Origin: Batkoa obscura
Taxonomy: Eukaryota
DNA length: 64,000 nt
Assembly (NCBI GenBank): GCA_030770535.1
Contig: JASVEC010000012.1
Span: 930,001 to 994,000, forward strand
Direction of reading: 5' to 3'
Shown here: positions 24,204 to 36,344 of the stretch, piece by piece
Layout of the letters: each line of letters starts with the position of its first letter
How positions within the stretch are numbered: the first letter of the stretch is position 1
Made by a program: the position numbers and the translations under genes
The notes under the pieces: generated by a model
Told to the model about the DNA's origin: nothing
Databases searched by the model: none
Seen by the model: the letters and a program-made list of their open reading frames with translations, nothing else

Positions 24204-25021
24204 ATGGTCTCCTTTGGTAACATATAACCCCCTCATATACCCTTACAACACATAATAACCCTTTTCTTCCCATTAGTTTGCAATGCTTGTCAAGAAACCT
24301 TAAAAAAACCAAAGCTCGAACCTCATACCTATCGTTGTCGTCAAGCTAATTTTACTTGTATTGATTGTAATACTGATTTTTATAATAACGATTATAAACA
24401 ACATACCCAATGTATCTCTGAAGCTGAAAAATATCAAAAGGCTTTGTATAAAAAAGTAAGTGAGAGGGAAGAGGGGGAGGTTAATGAGTAGGATGTGATG
24501 CTAATACTCTTTTTTAAATTTAGGGTAGCCATAATGGACATGGTGGTAATGGAAATGGAAATGGAAAAAATACGGGAAATGGAAACAATAATGGACAGAA
24601 TAAAGGAAATAAAATTACTTTTAATGATGAGGTAAAAGAAGTTAAAGATACCCCAAATAATAAACGTAAAAATGAAACTGAAGTTAAAAAAGAAGAAAAG
24701 AAAAGTAAATTAGATGATAATGAAGTTATTATTAAAGTATTAAAAGAAGTGATTGATAAGGTAAGGATCTATTGAAATTAAATGGGCAGATGAGGATTAA
24801 TTTATTTTGTTATAGAAAAAAAGTTTAGTATTATCAAAATTAATTTCTAAAGTTGAGAAAAAAGTTAAAAAAGAAAATAAAAAATTAGAGAATGAGGTTA
24901 TAGATAAAATTATTAAAGAAGAGGTAAGCTTATATTATGCATAATTGATATACCTGACAAATATTATATATAGGTTCAAAAATTAATGTTTGAAGATAAA
25001 CTATCCTTTACCAAAGAATAA
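24204..25021 (+). CDS. LYAR-type zinc-finger nucleolar protein
   Basis: MVSFVCNACQETLKKPK...H...C...FTCIDC...YKQHTQCISEAEKYQ; four introns. Confidence 0.88.
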
Positions 25022-25158
25022 GTTTTATGTATTATTCCATTTTATTAATATAGAAAAATATAGAAAATTATAATTGATATTTAAATATTATACTCTTATT
25101 TTTTTACATAAAATTTATTTAAAAAATATTTATATTACAATATTATATAATCGTTTCA

Positions 25159-26073
25159 TCAAATCAATGGGGTCTGAACTTCTTTGAACCTATAAAATGG
25201 AAATTCAAAAAAGAAAATACGTTTAAGAAACATAGGAATATTTGAATAAACAACAGGAGGTAAGGGGATAACAGGAGAAGTGGAATTTAAATATTTGAAA
25301 TATTCTTGTTTTTGTTCTAAACTTCCCTTTTCCAACATTTTTCTATCTTTCCCTGGTTCCGATTGTGGAATACCAGATAAAAATAATAATAAACACATCG
25401 TCAACAAAGGGGATAAAATACCTGCCCAAATAGTGAATTGATCATTAGCATAAACTAAAGTACCTAAACTTAATAAAAAGATACCCCACCAACATACAAT
25501 TTCACCAAAATAATTGGGATGTCTAGAATAATACCAAAGACCTGAATTCATTATATCTAATCTATCCTTACGATTATTATTAAACTTGAACTTCTGTTGA
25601 TCGGCAATAGCTTCTATAACAAGTCCAATACAAAACAAAATAATACCAATGATATCTAAAGCATTACCAAAATCTTTTTGTTTTGAATAAATTGGACTAT
25701 TGATTAATGTACATGGTATAGATACAATAAATACCCAAATCATCTGAAATACCCAGAAACCTAAAAATTTAAAAAAATTCTCACGCATTTCATCAAAGCG
25801 ATCATCTTTACCAGTTTTTAAGATTCGATTTAATAAAAACCCCGCAATTCGTAGTCCCCATAAGATAACTAATATAGTAATAGCAATAGATCTTGGACTG
25901 TATTCTTCAGTAGTAGAAAAAGTAACTATGGCCAATAATATAAAATTAGTACAACCAGCAAAGTCAGTCACTTTATCAAATTGAAAAGCATAAGCAATAA
26001 AAAAGAAAATAAGTTGCATAACTATTGTAATAATAGCTGTTAAAGCTAAGTTGGTATTCTCAAGTAAAATCAT
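25159..26073 (-). CDS. DUF1295 / steroid 5-alpha-reductase-like membrane protein (intronless)
   Basis: WGLRI, DDRFD, ADQQK, GLWYYSRHPNYFGE motifs. Confidence 0.92.
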   Translation of the reverse strand: MILLENTNLALTAIITIVMQLIFFFIAYAFQFDKVTDFAGCTNFILLAIVTFSTTEEYSPRSIAITILVILWGLRIAGFLLNRILKTGKDDRFDEMRENFFKFLGFWVFQMIWVFIVSIPCTLINSPIYSKQKDFGNALDIIGIILFCIGLVIEAIADQQKFKFNNNRKDRLDIMNSGLWYYSRHPNYFGEIVCWWGIFLLSLGTLVYANDQFTIWAGILSPLLTMCLLLFLSGIPQSEPGKDRKMLEKGSLEQKQEYFKYLNSTSPVIPLPPVVYSNIPMFLKRIFFFEFPFYRFKEVQTPLI

Positions 26074-26473
26074 ATTGTTTGTTAATATTATTAATTTAAA
26101 ATTATAATTTATTTTTTATACAATTGATTAGATTGATATTCTTTTTATACTCTTTTTTTTATTTTTAAGGCATGATTTTTTTCGATCTTAAACACACTCC
26201 CAAGTCAAGATCTTAAGTTTTACACACTGGCTAATCTTAAGTTGCCAGAAGTTCGATTCAATTTGATTTAAATATTAAGCTGAATTTAAAAATGATATCA
26301 TAACTTCTCTAAAACCGAATTAGTTCAAGTTTAGTTAAGTGTGGAGTTTTATATTAGAAAAAAAATTGTACAGTTATCAAATAATCAAAATCTTATTAAA
26401 TCAAAAATAATGGTATTTTATAATGTTATTATACTATTAATCATTAATGTGTCTTATTATACTCAATAAACAA

Positions 26474-26505
<32 letters not shown>

Positions 26506-26562
26506 ACAAATTTAAAGAAAACTAGTATAAAACTAAAATACTAGTTTATTATACTAATAACA

Positions 26563-27536
26563 TTACTCTTCTTGAGAATTCAACAAGGGTTCACTATCCC
26601 TATTAAACCTATACGATTTCAATTCAAAGAAAAACTTCTGCTTCAAACCCAATGAGATATTCTGATACACACTAGGAGGTAACATAATCAATGGAGAAGT
26701 TCTATTTAAATAATCTTCATATTCCTTTTTTTGCTCTTCCGTACCCTTAGATTGAATCAATTGATCTTTTTGAGGTTCCGACTTTGGAATGCCACTTAAT
26801 TTTAATAATAGAAACATAGTTAAAATAGGACTTAATATACTGATATAGAAGTAAGGATTTGAGGATAAAGATATAATGAAAATACCCCACCATAACATGA
26901 TTTCACCAAAGTAATTGGGATGACGGGAATAATACCATAGTCCTGAATTTAATACTTGTAATTTACTCTGTCGTTGAAAAATAAATTGAAAACGTTGATA
27001 ATCGGCTATAATTTCAATTAATAATCCAACCACAAAGAAGGTTAGTCCAATGATGTCCAATGGATTACCAAACTTCCTTTGATTTTTATATAATTTAGCA
27101 TTAGTGAGGACACAAGGTAAGGAGACAATATAAACCCATATCATTTGAGCTATCCAAAATTTTGAAAATCTTTTAAAGTCTGAACGCATGGTATCAAATC
27201 GATCATCTTTTCCTGTATGAACAATACGGTAGAATAAAAAGACTAAAAGGATTAATAAATATTGTATAAATATTAGGTTTAAATAAATAAATAATACAAC
27301 TTACATCCTAATCTTAAACCCCAAATAACAACACAAGCAGTTATAATTGTTGAACGTAATGGGTGATGTTTAGTTTGTAAATAAGATAAAATAGCTAAAA
27401 TTACAAAATTTGAAGAGCCACCGAAATCGGTAAGTAAATCAATTTGAAATGTATAAGCTATAAAGAAAAAAAATAATTGAAGGACAATAGTAAGTATGCC
27501 CCCTTTGAGTAAATAACTGTCATGAAGTAAATTCAT
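26563..27536 (-). CDS. DUF1295 paralog (one intron)
   Basis: Same motifs; removing intron 27243-27304 gives GLRLGFFLFYRIVHTGKDDRFD. Confidence 0.9.
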
Positions 27537-28787
27537 TTTAAAAAATTGAAAAGTGAAAATGGAAATTGAGGGAGAAAATTTGGTTCTTATACCAACCTTT
27601 CTAATTGTGATTACAATTGACCCGTTAATGTTTATCCCTGAGTTATTCGATTTAGAATTTGGTTAGAAATTTGTAAATTGACTTAATTTGTGGAGATTTT
27701 AATTATGAAGTTTATTTATTCGATTTTAATATTCGATTATTAATGTAGTATTATTAATAAAATGTTTATTGATGATAAAACATTGCAGTTTTTTGAATAA
27801 AAAGTTTGATATCATTAGGTGTTTATGATCTTTATTCTATTACTTTTATAATATTAGTTACTATGATTTTAAAATCAAAAATTTTCAAATTTCATTTTTA
27901 TTTAAACTAGGTGCTTTTTCTTATAATTAGCTATATTATTTTTCAAAAAAGTACAAATTATATACTAGAACATCCCATAAAATAAGTATAGTTATATTAA
28001 CTTTCTCGATTAAGAATTTAAACATATAATTTAAGTTTAGTTGAAAATTAGTTATAATTAATTTTTATTTTTACATAAATTCTTATAGAAATTTCAAGTT
28101 TCCTTATGATAGTGTATGCGGTTTAAAGCATTTACAATATGATAACTTCCTTCCTGTTATTTTATTTTACTATCTTAAATTATTTAAATAAGACGTGTTA
28201 TTGTATTATAGTACTAATAGGTTTAAAGCTATTTAATCAATCATTACTTTAGATCTCAATTTTTCAATTTGAGTATCTATAAAGGTTACCAAAATAAAAA
28301 ATTTAATTAAATGAGCATTTGATACATCCTAAAATTAATCACTTTATTTATCATCATTATTTTGATATGCTTTCAGTAAATCAAATAACAAATGTGTATG
28401 AATTTTTAACTCAGAACCTAAAGGGTAATCGAAAAAATGTAAAATAATCCTTCACAAAAACTTTTTTGATATAAATACTTCCACTTCTAATTGCACTACT
28501 TGGTTCCTGTAAATGGGTGAGTAATACAGTCTATTTCTCTCTCCTTTTTATCACAATAAACACTGCTCCAAGGATTTAATTTAAAAAAAATTATAAAGTT
28601 AGAGCACCTTTTGTGATATTTTTAAGCAGCTATAGTAACAACAAAAATAAAATAAAAAATTAATAATTTAATCCAAATATTAATATCCATATTAACTTTA
28701 TTAATAATATTAATAAAGATTAGGGTAATGGCGTTAAACCAAAGCATATACCCAGCTACTTTCAAGCTAGTTGCTTTCCTGTCAACT

Positions 28788-28896
28788 ATATGGGGCTGTT
28801 TTTTTTTTGGCTTCATTACTTTTTCCATCTTTTAAGTGCTATTTGAGTGGAAAAATTGTTAGTAAAATTCTTAAACATAAAAATACTTCCCCATGT
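28788..28896 (+). mobile_element. ~105-bp MITE, copy 2
   Basis: ATAT-GGGGCTGTTTT...AAATACTTCCCC-ATGT. Confidence 0.88.
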
Positions 28897-29914
28897 TTTG
28901 TTTTTAATTATGAATAAAATACTGTCCTTTAGGATAAGGATATAATAAACTCATACTAAATTACAGTATTTCAGTATAATGAATAAGTGTTTTAATATGA
29001 TAGTTGTTAAATATAATCTTGGTAAATATTGTTTAGAAGTTATTTCTATAAATTATAATATTTTTTATTTATAACTATGTTATTTTCTTATAAAGTTCAT
29101 AGTTTTATTCTTTATAAGTATCTTTTAAAGTCAATCCGATTTAATAAATATGCTCATTAGCTATAAACAAATGCCTGTTCCCTCATATACATGATGATCT
29201 TTATCATTATTATTAATTACGTTGTATATAGTAAGATGAATAATAATATAATCAATTTTATCAATAATCTTTGATTTCTATATTTTAAATAAACTTTTCG
29301 AAAAGAGTGCAGTAATCTATTCAGCTTTCAATAACATTAGAGATACCATGAGGCAGTATTTCTAATAGGATGGATATGCTAGTTGATTCAGGGTTATATA
29401 CGTTAACTTCAGTTTTTGTTCTAGATATTGCTATTTAACAAGTTATTGTAGAAAGCACTTATAGCTTGTAGTTACAAATTTTCGAAATTTACTTTTATGA
29501 AAAATGGACAATATAATATTAAAAAAATATTTTCGAATTTATTTTATTAGGGGTTTGACATAATACGAAATGTAATAAGCAAATCCATAATAAATTGCAA
29601 CTGGATCTATACTGAATTTTATTATTATAATTTGACCCTTATTAAATAGTCTAATATCATATTTTAAGAAATTCAAAGTACTTTGATTATAATATAAAAT
29701 TTTACATTTTATTACAATTGAAGATAAACAATTTAAAATCCATTTAATTTGCTAAAAACTTAAAATAAACGAATTAAAACAATTATATATCTTATAGAAG
29801 CAAATTTCAAATTTCAAAAAAGCCAATTTACAAAAAATGATTAAGAAGGTTATGAATAAAATCTCTCTGTTCCCACATTGTTAATAACAAAGTAGCGAAA
29901 CTACATCCATCACA

Positions 29915-30512
29915 ATGGTAGGTTTTATTTAACCTCAATACAAAAGAATCGTCAACTTTAATAAAATCCGGCTTTTAAACGATATAAAAAAGTATTCAAA
30001 TACTATGAGAATCAGTATTCAAATGGACTTATAAAGATATAAAACGAAGCAGATTCTATTATGATAGACATTATAAAAATATTTTTGTTACTGGAATAAT
30101 GAACTAAAAATGTATTGAATTGTACAGACTAAGGGTACTTCTAGTTTTGGTAAACGTCACACTAAATCACACACCATTTGCCGCCGTTGTGGACATCGTG
30201 CTTTCCACAACCAAAAGAAGACTTGTGCTTCTTGCGGTTACCCAAGTGCTAAAATCCGTAAATGTAAGTTATTTAATTCACAATTGAAATTAAGGATGGA
30301 GATTGATTTTTTATTTAGTCAACTGGAGCGAAAAAGCTAAACGTAGAAAGACTACCGGTACTGGCCGTATGAGCCATCTCCGTTCCGTTTACCAACGTTT
30401 CAGAAATGGATTCCGTGAAGGTAAGGCATCTTTAGTAATAAAAGAAATGTTTTTAACATTTTTTTTAGGTACTGCTGCTAAAAAGCAAGTAGTTAAAGCC
30501 GAATCTGCTTAA
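29915..30512 (+). CDS. RPL37: 60S ribosomal protein L37 (eL37)
   Basis: [23 protein letters not shown]...[31 protein letters not shown]; first intron 29918-30127. Confidence 0.97.
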
Positions 30513-31156
30513 ACCTATTGTCTGCACCAATGCTTAATAAAGTAACCAAAATGGTTAAGTAAAAGTATTAAAAAAGAATATTTAAGTCAAGTAAATCTAT
30601 TTCGAAATTATTTTGTATTTTTTTTAGGTTTTGTTTTGATTTTAAAACTAGATGGAATGTTGAATACTGAAATAAATTAACCAAAATAAAAAGGCATAAA
30701 ACGAATTATATGAAACGATAGTGTAATAGGAAAATAAGATAATATGGAAGATATAATGTTAAAAAGTTTATGAGTTTAAACAAAAGGTGAAATAAATGGA
30801 AAATATTTGAAAATCAATTCAATAAATGACTGATATGGACTATAAATGGTTATTAATAAACAGTTTTAACAAGTTAATAGTAAAATGATATAATGGTTTT
30901 TATAAAATTCAGATCGAGAAGATATAATAATTATTGTGAATTGTTTTTATCTTTATTTATTATTAATGTTACTTTTTATATAAAATAAAAAAATAAAATT
31001 ACAACCTAGCTATTAATCTTTTTTATATATTATTAGTTTGTATAAATAACTTAGTATAATTTTTCTATTATGATTTTTAACAACTTCAAATAAAAATTAA
31101 AAAAGGTATTTCTTATCTAACTTTTTATCTTTTTTCTATAATTTACGAATTATCAC

Positions 31157-32887
31157 TTATTCAATATCTTCAATAGATTGCTCTTGATTGACAACCGAAA
31201 TCCAAGGAGTGGTAGCTGTCTTGAACCTGGAGGGGGAAGCCCAAAGTTCTAGAAACCTAAACGGAGATTGATTGGATTTATCACCTACTGGTATTGGCAA
31301 TAAGGTCTCAATAAGGTCATAAATAAATTTAGGTTGATGATTGCAAGTTTCATAAGTATTAAAAGGATCTAAATAAATATATATTAAAAATAAAAAAATA
31401 AGCAAATGAATTATTTAGCTACCTTCATCTAAACTTGGCCTTGTATGATCAAAAATAACATCTGGAGATCTTTGATGTCTTATATCAATATCACCACCAA
31501 TACGGAAGATGAGTAAAGTTGTTTTTGAGGATTTAAAATACCCCTTAGTACCATTTTCATCCTGAAGTTTGGGTGGTATTTTAGAATCTTTCTTATGAAT
31601 GGTGTTATCTAAATTATAGTGAACCCAAGCCACATTTTCAACATATCGAAATTTCCATCCTTCAATACATTGTTTCAATATTTCACCCAAATGGTGTTTT
31701 TCTATCCATATCATTAAAAACCCACATTTGATTATTTCTGGGATCCTCAATTTTTTCTATAATTTAATAAATGAGATATTTTACTCAATAAACTAAAGTA
31801 ATTATTACAAATTCTTTCATTCTTATTGGTTTACGGTGACTTTGCGAGCTACTGAAACCCATTTCTTCATCATCTAACAAAAGCGGTGGATCCATAAGGA
31901 TGGCTTGAAATTCATTACCTAGTTTTTTGATTTTATCAAACTCATTTAAAATATCTATTTTAAAACTAAACCTCATTAATAACTATAATACCGTATAGTA
32001 AAAAGTTTACTTTCTAGCTTCCTCCTTTGGTTTAAACAATGGGGTGATACGACGAGCCCAAGACAACGGGATAGGTGCTGGAGGTATCTTTACATAAGTG
32101 GGTAACGAAGGGTCTGTAAGTTGAACCTTTTTTAACATGGCTAGCATATTTCCTGAGCTGTCTTGTAACTGATTCTCTTTATACCTTCTCATAACAAGCT
32201 CCCTTTGTTTGCTTCGATCCTTAACCCCTCCTCTTGTACCTTTACTTGATTTACTTCGTTTGGTTTTGGAGCTAATCTCTTCCTCCCATTCATCATCTCC
32301 ATAATCCATATAGTCACTACAAAAGTTAGCTTATTATTAGTCATGCTTGGAAACTGCTTACTCATCCATATCTATTTCAGAGTTGTACTCACTATCTTGT
32401 ATTTGCCACCATTCTGATAAAGGATCTAGTTGCTCTGCAGCGGATTCTAAAGTAAATACTGAGGTCCTTACAAATAGTTCTTCTAGCTGTTCTTGAGATA
32501 ACTCAACGTTTTCCTACTAAAACTGAATAAGCTCATTAAACGAAGTGTGAATTATTTACCTTAGTTTCAGAAGGTATAGATTTAACTTTAGGTTCGGGTT
32601 CAAAAAGATTTGCTAATCCATAAACCTCGGGTTCCGAATCTTCGTCCTCTTGGACTTTGCTCTTTTTTGAAGTTACTTCTTCCTTTAGTCGATCTAATTC
32701 TTCAAACTTTTTCATAATGGCTTCGATGGATTCCCCATCTTCAACGTAGCCTACATAATGCGAAGCACTAGAGTTTGTGTCATTATTTCTACTTTCTTTT
32801 AGTTGGACATATAGGATACCTTACTTTACTCCAATCAGTGTTTTGTGAGCTCTTTACTTTCTTTCTTGTTGCTCGCTTCTCTTTCAT
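31157..32887 (-). CDS. MT-A70 family protein, MTA9/AMT6-7-like subunit of the ApT 6mA DNA methyltransferase complex
   Basis: FQAILMDPPL, GFLMIWIEK, FRYVENVAWV, DIRHQRSPDVIFD, FIYDLIETLLP, FLELWA; N-terminal YVGYVEDGESIEAIMKKFEELD; multiple introns. Confidence 0.78.
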
Positions 32888-33286
32888 TAATTATTAACTT
32901 TATACTCTATTAAATTAAAAATACTTTGTAAAAACTTGAACGAATTCCTTAATTTATATTATTGAATATTCTGATATGAAAATTATTAACGATCAAGTTT
33001 AGATTGCATTTATCAATATTACTTAATTACAGTATAATCAAAATATTAATAATCATGTTAAAAATAAAACATAACAATAAAAGTATTTTTTAAACAGCTA
33101 CTTTCAATATATACTATCTTTTATTACTCATAATTTTAAACGTATTAATTAGAATATTCTAAATATTATTATTTTGTATTAAATTAATCACATCCTTAAA
33201 AAGGCCTAAATTAAATGAAACTTATTTGTTAATGATGACATTAGTCATGAAATTATATTCTATAATCCCTAAAAGGTACTCTAAAG

Positions 33287-34099
33287 TTACAGAATATCGA
33301 TAATGGCGTCTGCTTGACAGGGTTCCAACTCACGTTCAGGGTCGTTGACATAGGAAGGGATGAAAATTGTATAACCTAAAAATAAGGAACCAAATCAAAA
33401 TAAATAAATAATATGCACCTTCAATTCTTAATTGAGATAGATAAGCATCTAAATACGTAAAAGATAACTGCTTTGGTTTGTTCAGCTTTGAATCCAAGTT
33501 ATACCACATAGAATGGTTATGATTTTTTCCGAATTTTCTTAAAGTAAACCAGTGGCTTTCATAGTTGCATATAAATGCTTTTTGTTTACTGATTGTTGGG
33601 TAGTTTGAAAGTGAATTTAATAGCTTAAGTAAACGGTTAGTAAAGTTAATTTTACCTTGGATCCTTTTTAGCTTTTATAGCCTTAGGATTGTCGGAATCA
33701 ATATTTATAAGTTCCATAGTGAATATTTTTAAGGCTTCTTCGATTACCTTTTGAATTTGACTAAAATTTAAGATAAAATCAAAGTAATGTTACTTGTGAT
33801 GAAAAATAACCAGTATCGTCCATATTTTTTGAAGTAAAGTTGGAAGTATACAATATCTTTTTCTCTTCGTTATCTAAACGTTGTGCTATCTCTGATAAAT
33901 CTACTGCCGAAAATGTTTGATCTTTAAACTTTATTTTAGTAAACATTTTAGACTTTGAATTTTAATTTACTTTGCAACAAGGAGTTGAGGCAGTGTTGAG
34001 CACATAGTAGCCCATCTTGCTGTTAAAGTTTAGTCCTAGTTGATGTAAATAATATTTCTTTACTTTTTCATGATAGATGTATTCCGATAAAAGATCCAT
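33287..34099 (-). CDS. Josephin-domain deubiquitinase, ataxin-3-like
   Basis: IYHEKQDGLLCAQHCLNSLLQ, NMDDTGYFSSQVI, AFICNYESHWFTLRK, WYNLDS. Confidence 0.92.
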
Positions 34100-34477
34100 T
34101 TTGGTACTATTTTTAAATGCTACTTGTTGAAGTGTATAGTTTAAAAAATATGCATTAAAATTTAAGTGTCTAAATTGAATTGGCTTAAACTTTTAACAAG
34201 TTAAATAGCTTTGGTTGAAAACTGTGCTAAGTATCTCAATTTTACAATTTAATTTTAGTATGTAAAATAAAAGTTTATTGGATTAATAAACACTGGTACT
34301 GACTTTTACTATTTATTAGTGACTATTTTTTATTTTATTCATTTATATTACTATAATATTAATTATTGGTTTTATTAATAATCAAAATTCTTTTCACTAT
34401 AAATTCAACAAATAAAATTCCTTAAATTTTGGCTATAAAAATAAGCACTAAGCCTTTTACTAAAACTTTTAACAAAA

Positions 34478-34846
34478 ATGATTGAAGTAATTGTCAATGA
34501 TCGTTTAGGTAAAAAAGTGCGAGTTAAGTGCAAGTAAGTAGATCTACAGCATGATATATATATATTAATCTATTAATTTAGTCCGGATGATACTGTAGGA
34601 GACTTGAAAAAATTAATTGCGGCACAAACTGGTACTGATTATCAAAAGATTGTATTAAAGAAATGGTAATATTCAATTTTGTACTATACTACTTTATTTA
34701 CATGTCTACTAGGTACAATATTTTTAAAGATCATATTACTTTGGAAGATTGTAAGTCTTAATATGTTTATTCACATTTTTATTTGTATTTATTTGTTTAT
34801 AGATGAAATTCACGATGGGATGAGTTTAGAACTTTACTATTCATAA
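34478..34846 (+). CDS. HUB1: Ubiquitin-like protein Hub1/UBL5
   Basis: [37 protein letters not shown]...[13 protein letters not shown]; three introns. Confidence 0.97.
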
Positions 34847-34881
34847 AATTTAATAAATGCGTTTTTACATAAAATGTAATT

Positions 34882-35663
34882 TTATTTGGAATTTAATAAG
34901 GAATCTAGCTTGGATTCTTCAATTATCGCATCCAACTCATCCAAACCCCCTACGTTTTTTTGATTAATAAAAATATTTGGCACTGTATTGCGGTGTGTTT
35001 TTGTTAATAAATAACTTTGGATTTTAGCACCATCATCTAAATGAATCAAATAAAATAACATGTTTAGGTTAATAAATGCTTTACCATCTAAATCCAATTC
35101 GAGTACAAACTTATTTTCACTTTTAGGGAGTAAGGCTGCTTTAGCTTTTGTACAATAACTTAAAAAATAATGTTAGTAAATTCACTATTATAAAATATAC
35201 TTACGGACAATAAGACTTTGAGAAGATAACAATTTGATAATTTGCTATCAAGTCTTCAACTCGTTTTGAAATTTCGGTTCCTATTTTTATAATTTGAATA
35301 GTTGCTTTTGATTTAAATTTAGTTTTACCTTGTTTTTCATTTTCATCCGTTACTTGAACTCCTTCTCCATTAGTATTTTCAGGTCTAGATGGGTCCAAAT
35401 CTACTACTGTAATAAAGTTAAGGATTGACTGAATATACAAAAATATAATTAATACCTTGAGCAGGTTGAATGACAGGTTCTGAGTTAGTTTCGTTTAAAT
35501 TTGAAGCTGAAGCTGGGGTTTCGTTTAAACTTGAATAATAGTAAAACAAAACCAAAATCAAAAAGATGAATAAATAATAGCGTTTAACTTTATAAAACTT
35601 TCTTTGCACTTTGCGTGTAATCACTCCCCCTGGTAAATTGTATTCTCTCTTGTTAAATAGCAT
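34882..35663 (-). CDS. Glutaredoxin with N-terminal membrane anchor
   Basis: IFSKSYCP-YC, TVPNIFI, VGGLD; hydrophobic LFIFLILVLFYY near the N-terminus. Confidence 0.88.
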
Positions 35664-36344
35664 TTTTTCTTTAAAAGTGATTAAAAGGGCAGTTACTTTT
35701 TTAGCTTTGTTCAACTTAGATGACGAAATATAAGGTTCAAAATTAAGTTGCTGTAAAGTGATATGCTGAGCTATAATTAGTATGAATGATAGTAATAGTA
35801 AGGCTTGCCAATAAGTAATAACATTTGATATATAATATTATTTTAATAATAACAATTTTTTTTTATAGAGACAATACTAGCAATGATAGCAATAGTAACA
35901 GCAATAGTAATAATAATAACAGTATTCATATTAATAGTATTAAGGGTAAACTAATGCAAAGTTCAGGGATGAAATAATAAAATAATTTTGAATGAAAATT
36001 ATTCTGGGATAATCTATTTATAAATTTTGTTATGACAAAATAATACAGTTTAGCCATAAGTAATTTAATTAAAATTTGATTTTAAAAGTGTTTGTTTTTT
36101 ACAAGTAAAATTTATATAACATACTTTGGAGTGTAACATTTACACATTAAACATTCTTTTGAAAAATATATTTCTTTTAAAATACTAAAGGGTATAAAAT
36201 AATTTGAAACTATTATCAAACTTATTGAATTAATGCTCTTGGAATTACACCATCATTATAAAATCAAACAAGGATAAAAATATAAAATGATGAGGTAATA
36301 CAAACTCAATTAAAAGTATAAATAGAAGCAAAAATATCAATTTC

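Noticed and set aside
26225..26262. Hairpin followed by GTTCGATTC (B-box-like)
   Set aside because: No cloverleaf; lies in the promoter region of a DUF1295 gene.
28622..28828. 68-aa minus-strand ORF
   Set aside because: Starts inside a MITE and runs into AT-rich DNA; likely spurious.
29918..30127. Long RPL37 first intron as a snoRNA host
   Set aside because: No convincing C/D or H/ACA box arrangement; long first introns are common in ribosomal protein genes.
15801..32887. SRA and MTA9-like genes as an epigenetic gene cluster
   Set aside because: Separated by about 14 kb of unrelated housekeeping genes; probably coincidental.
35780..35980. AAT/AGT-rich tract as a possible small ORF upstream of PDC
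   Set aside because: No start or splice combination I tried gives an open frame through it; treated as low-complexity DNA.
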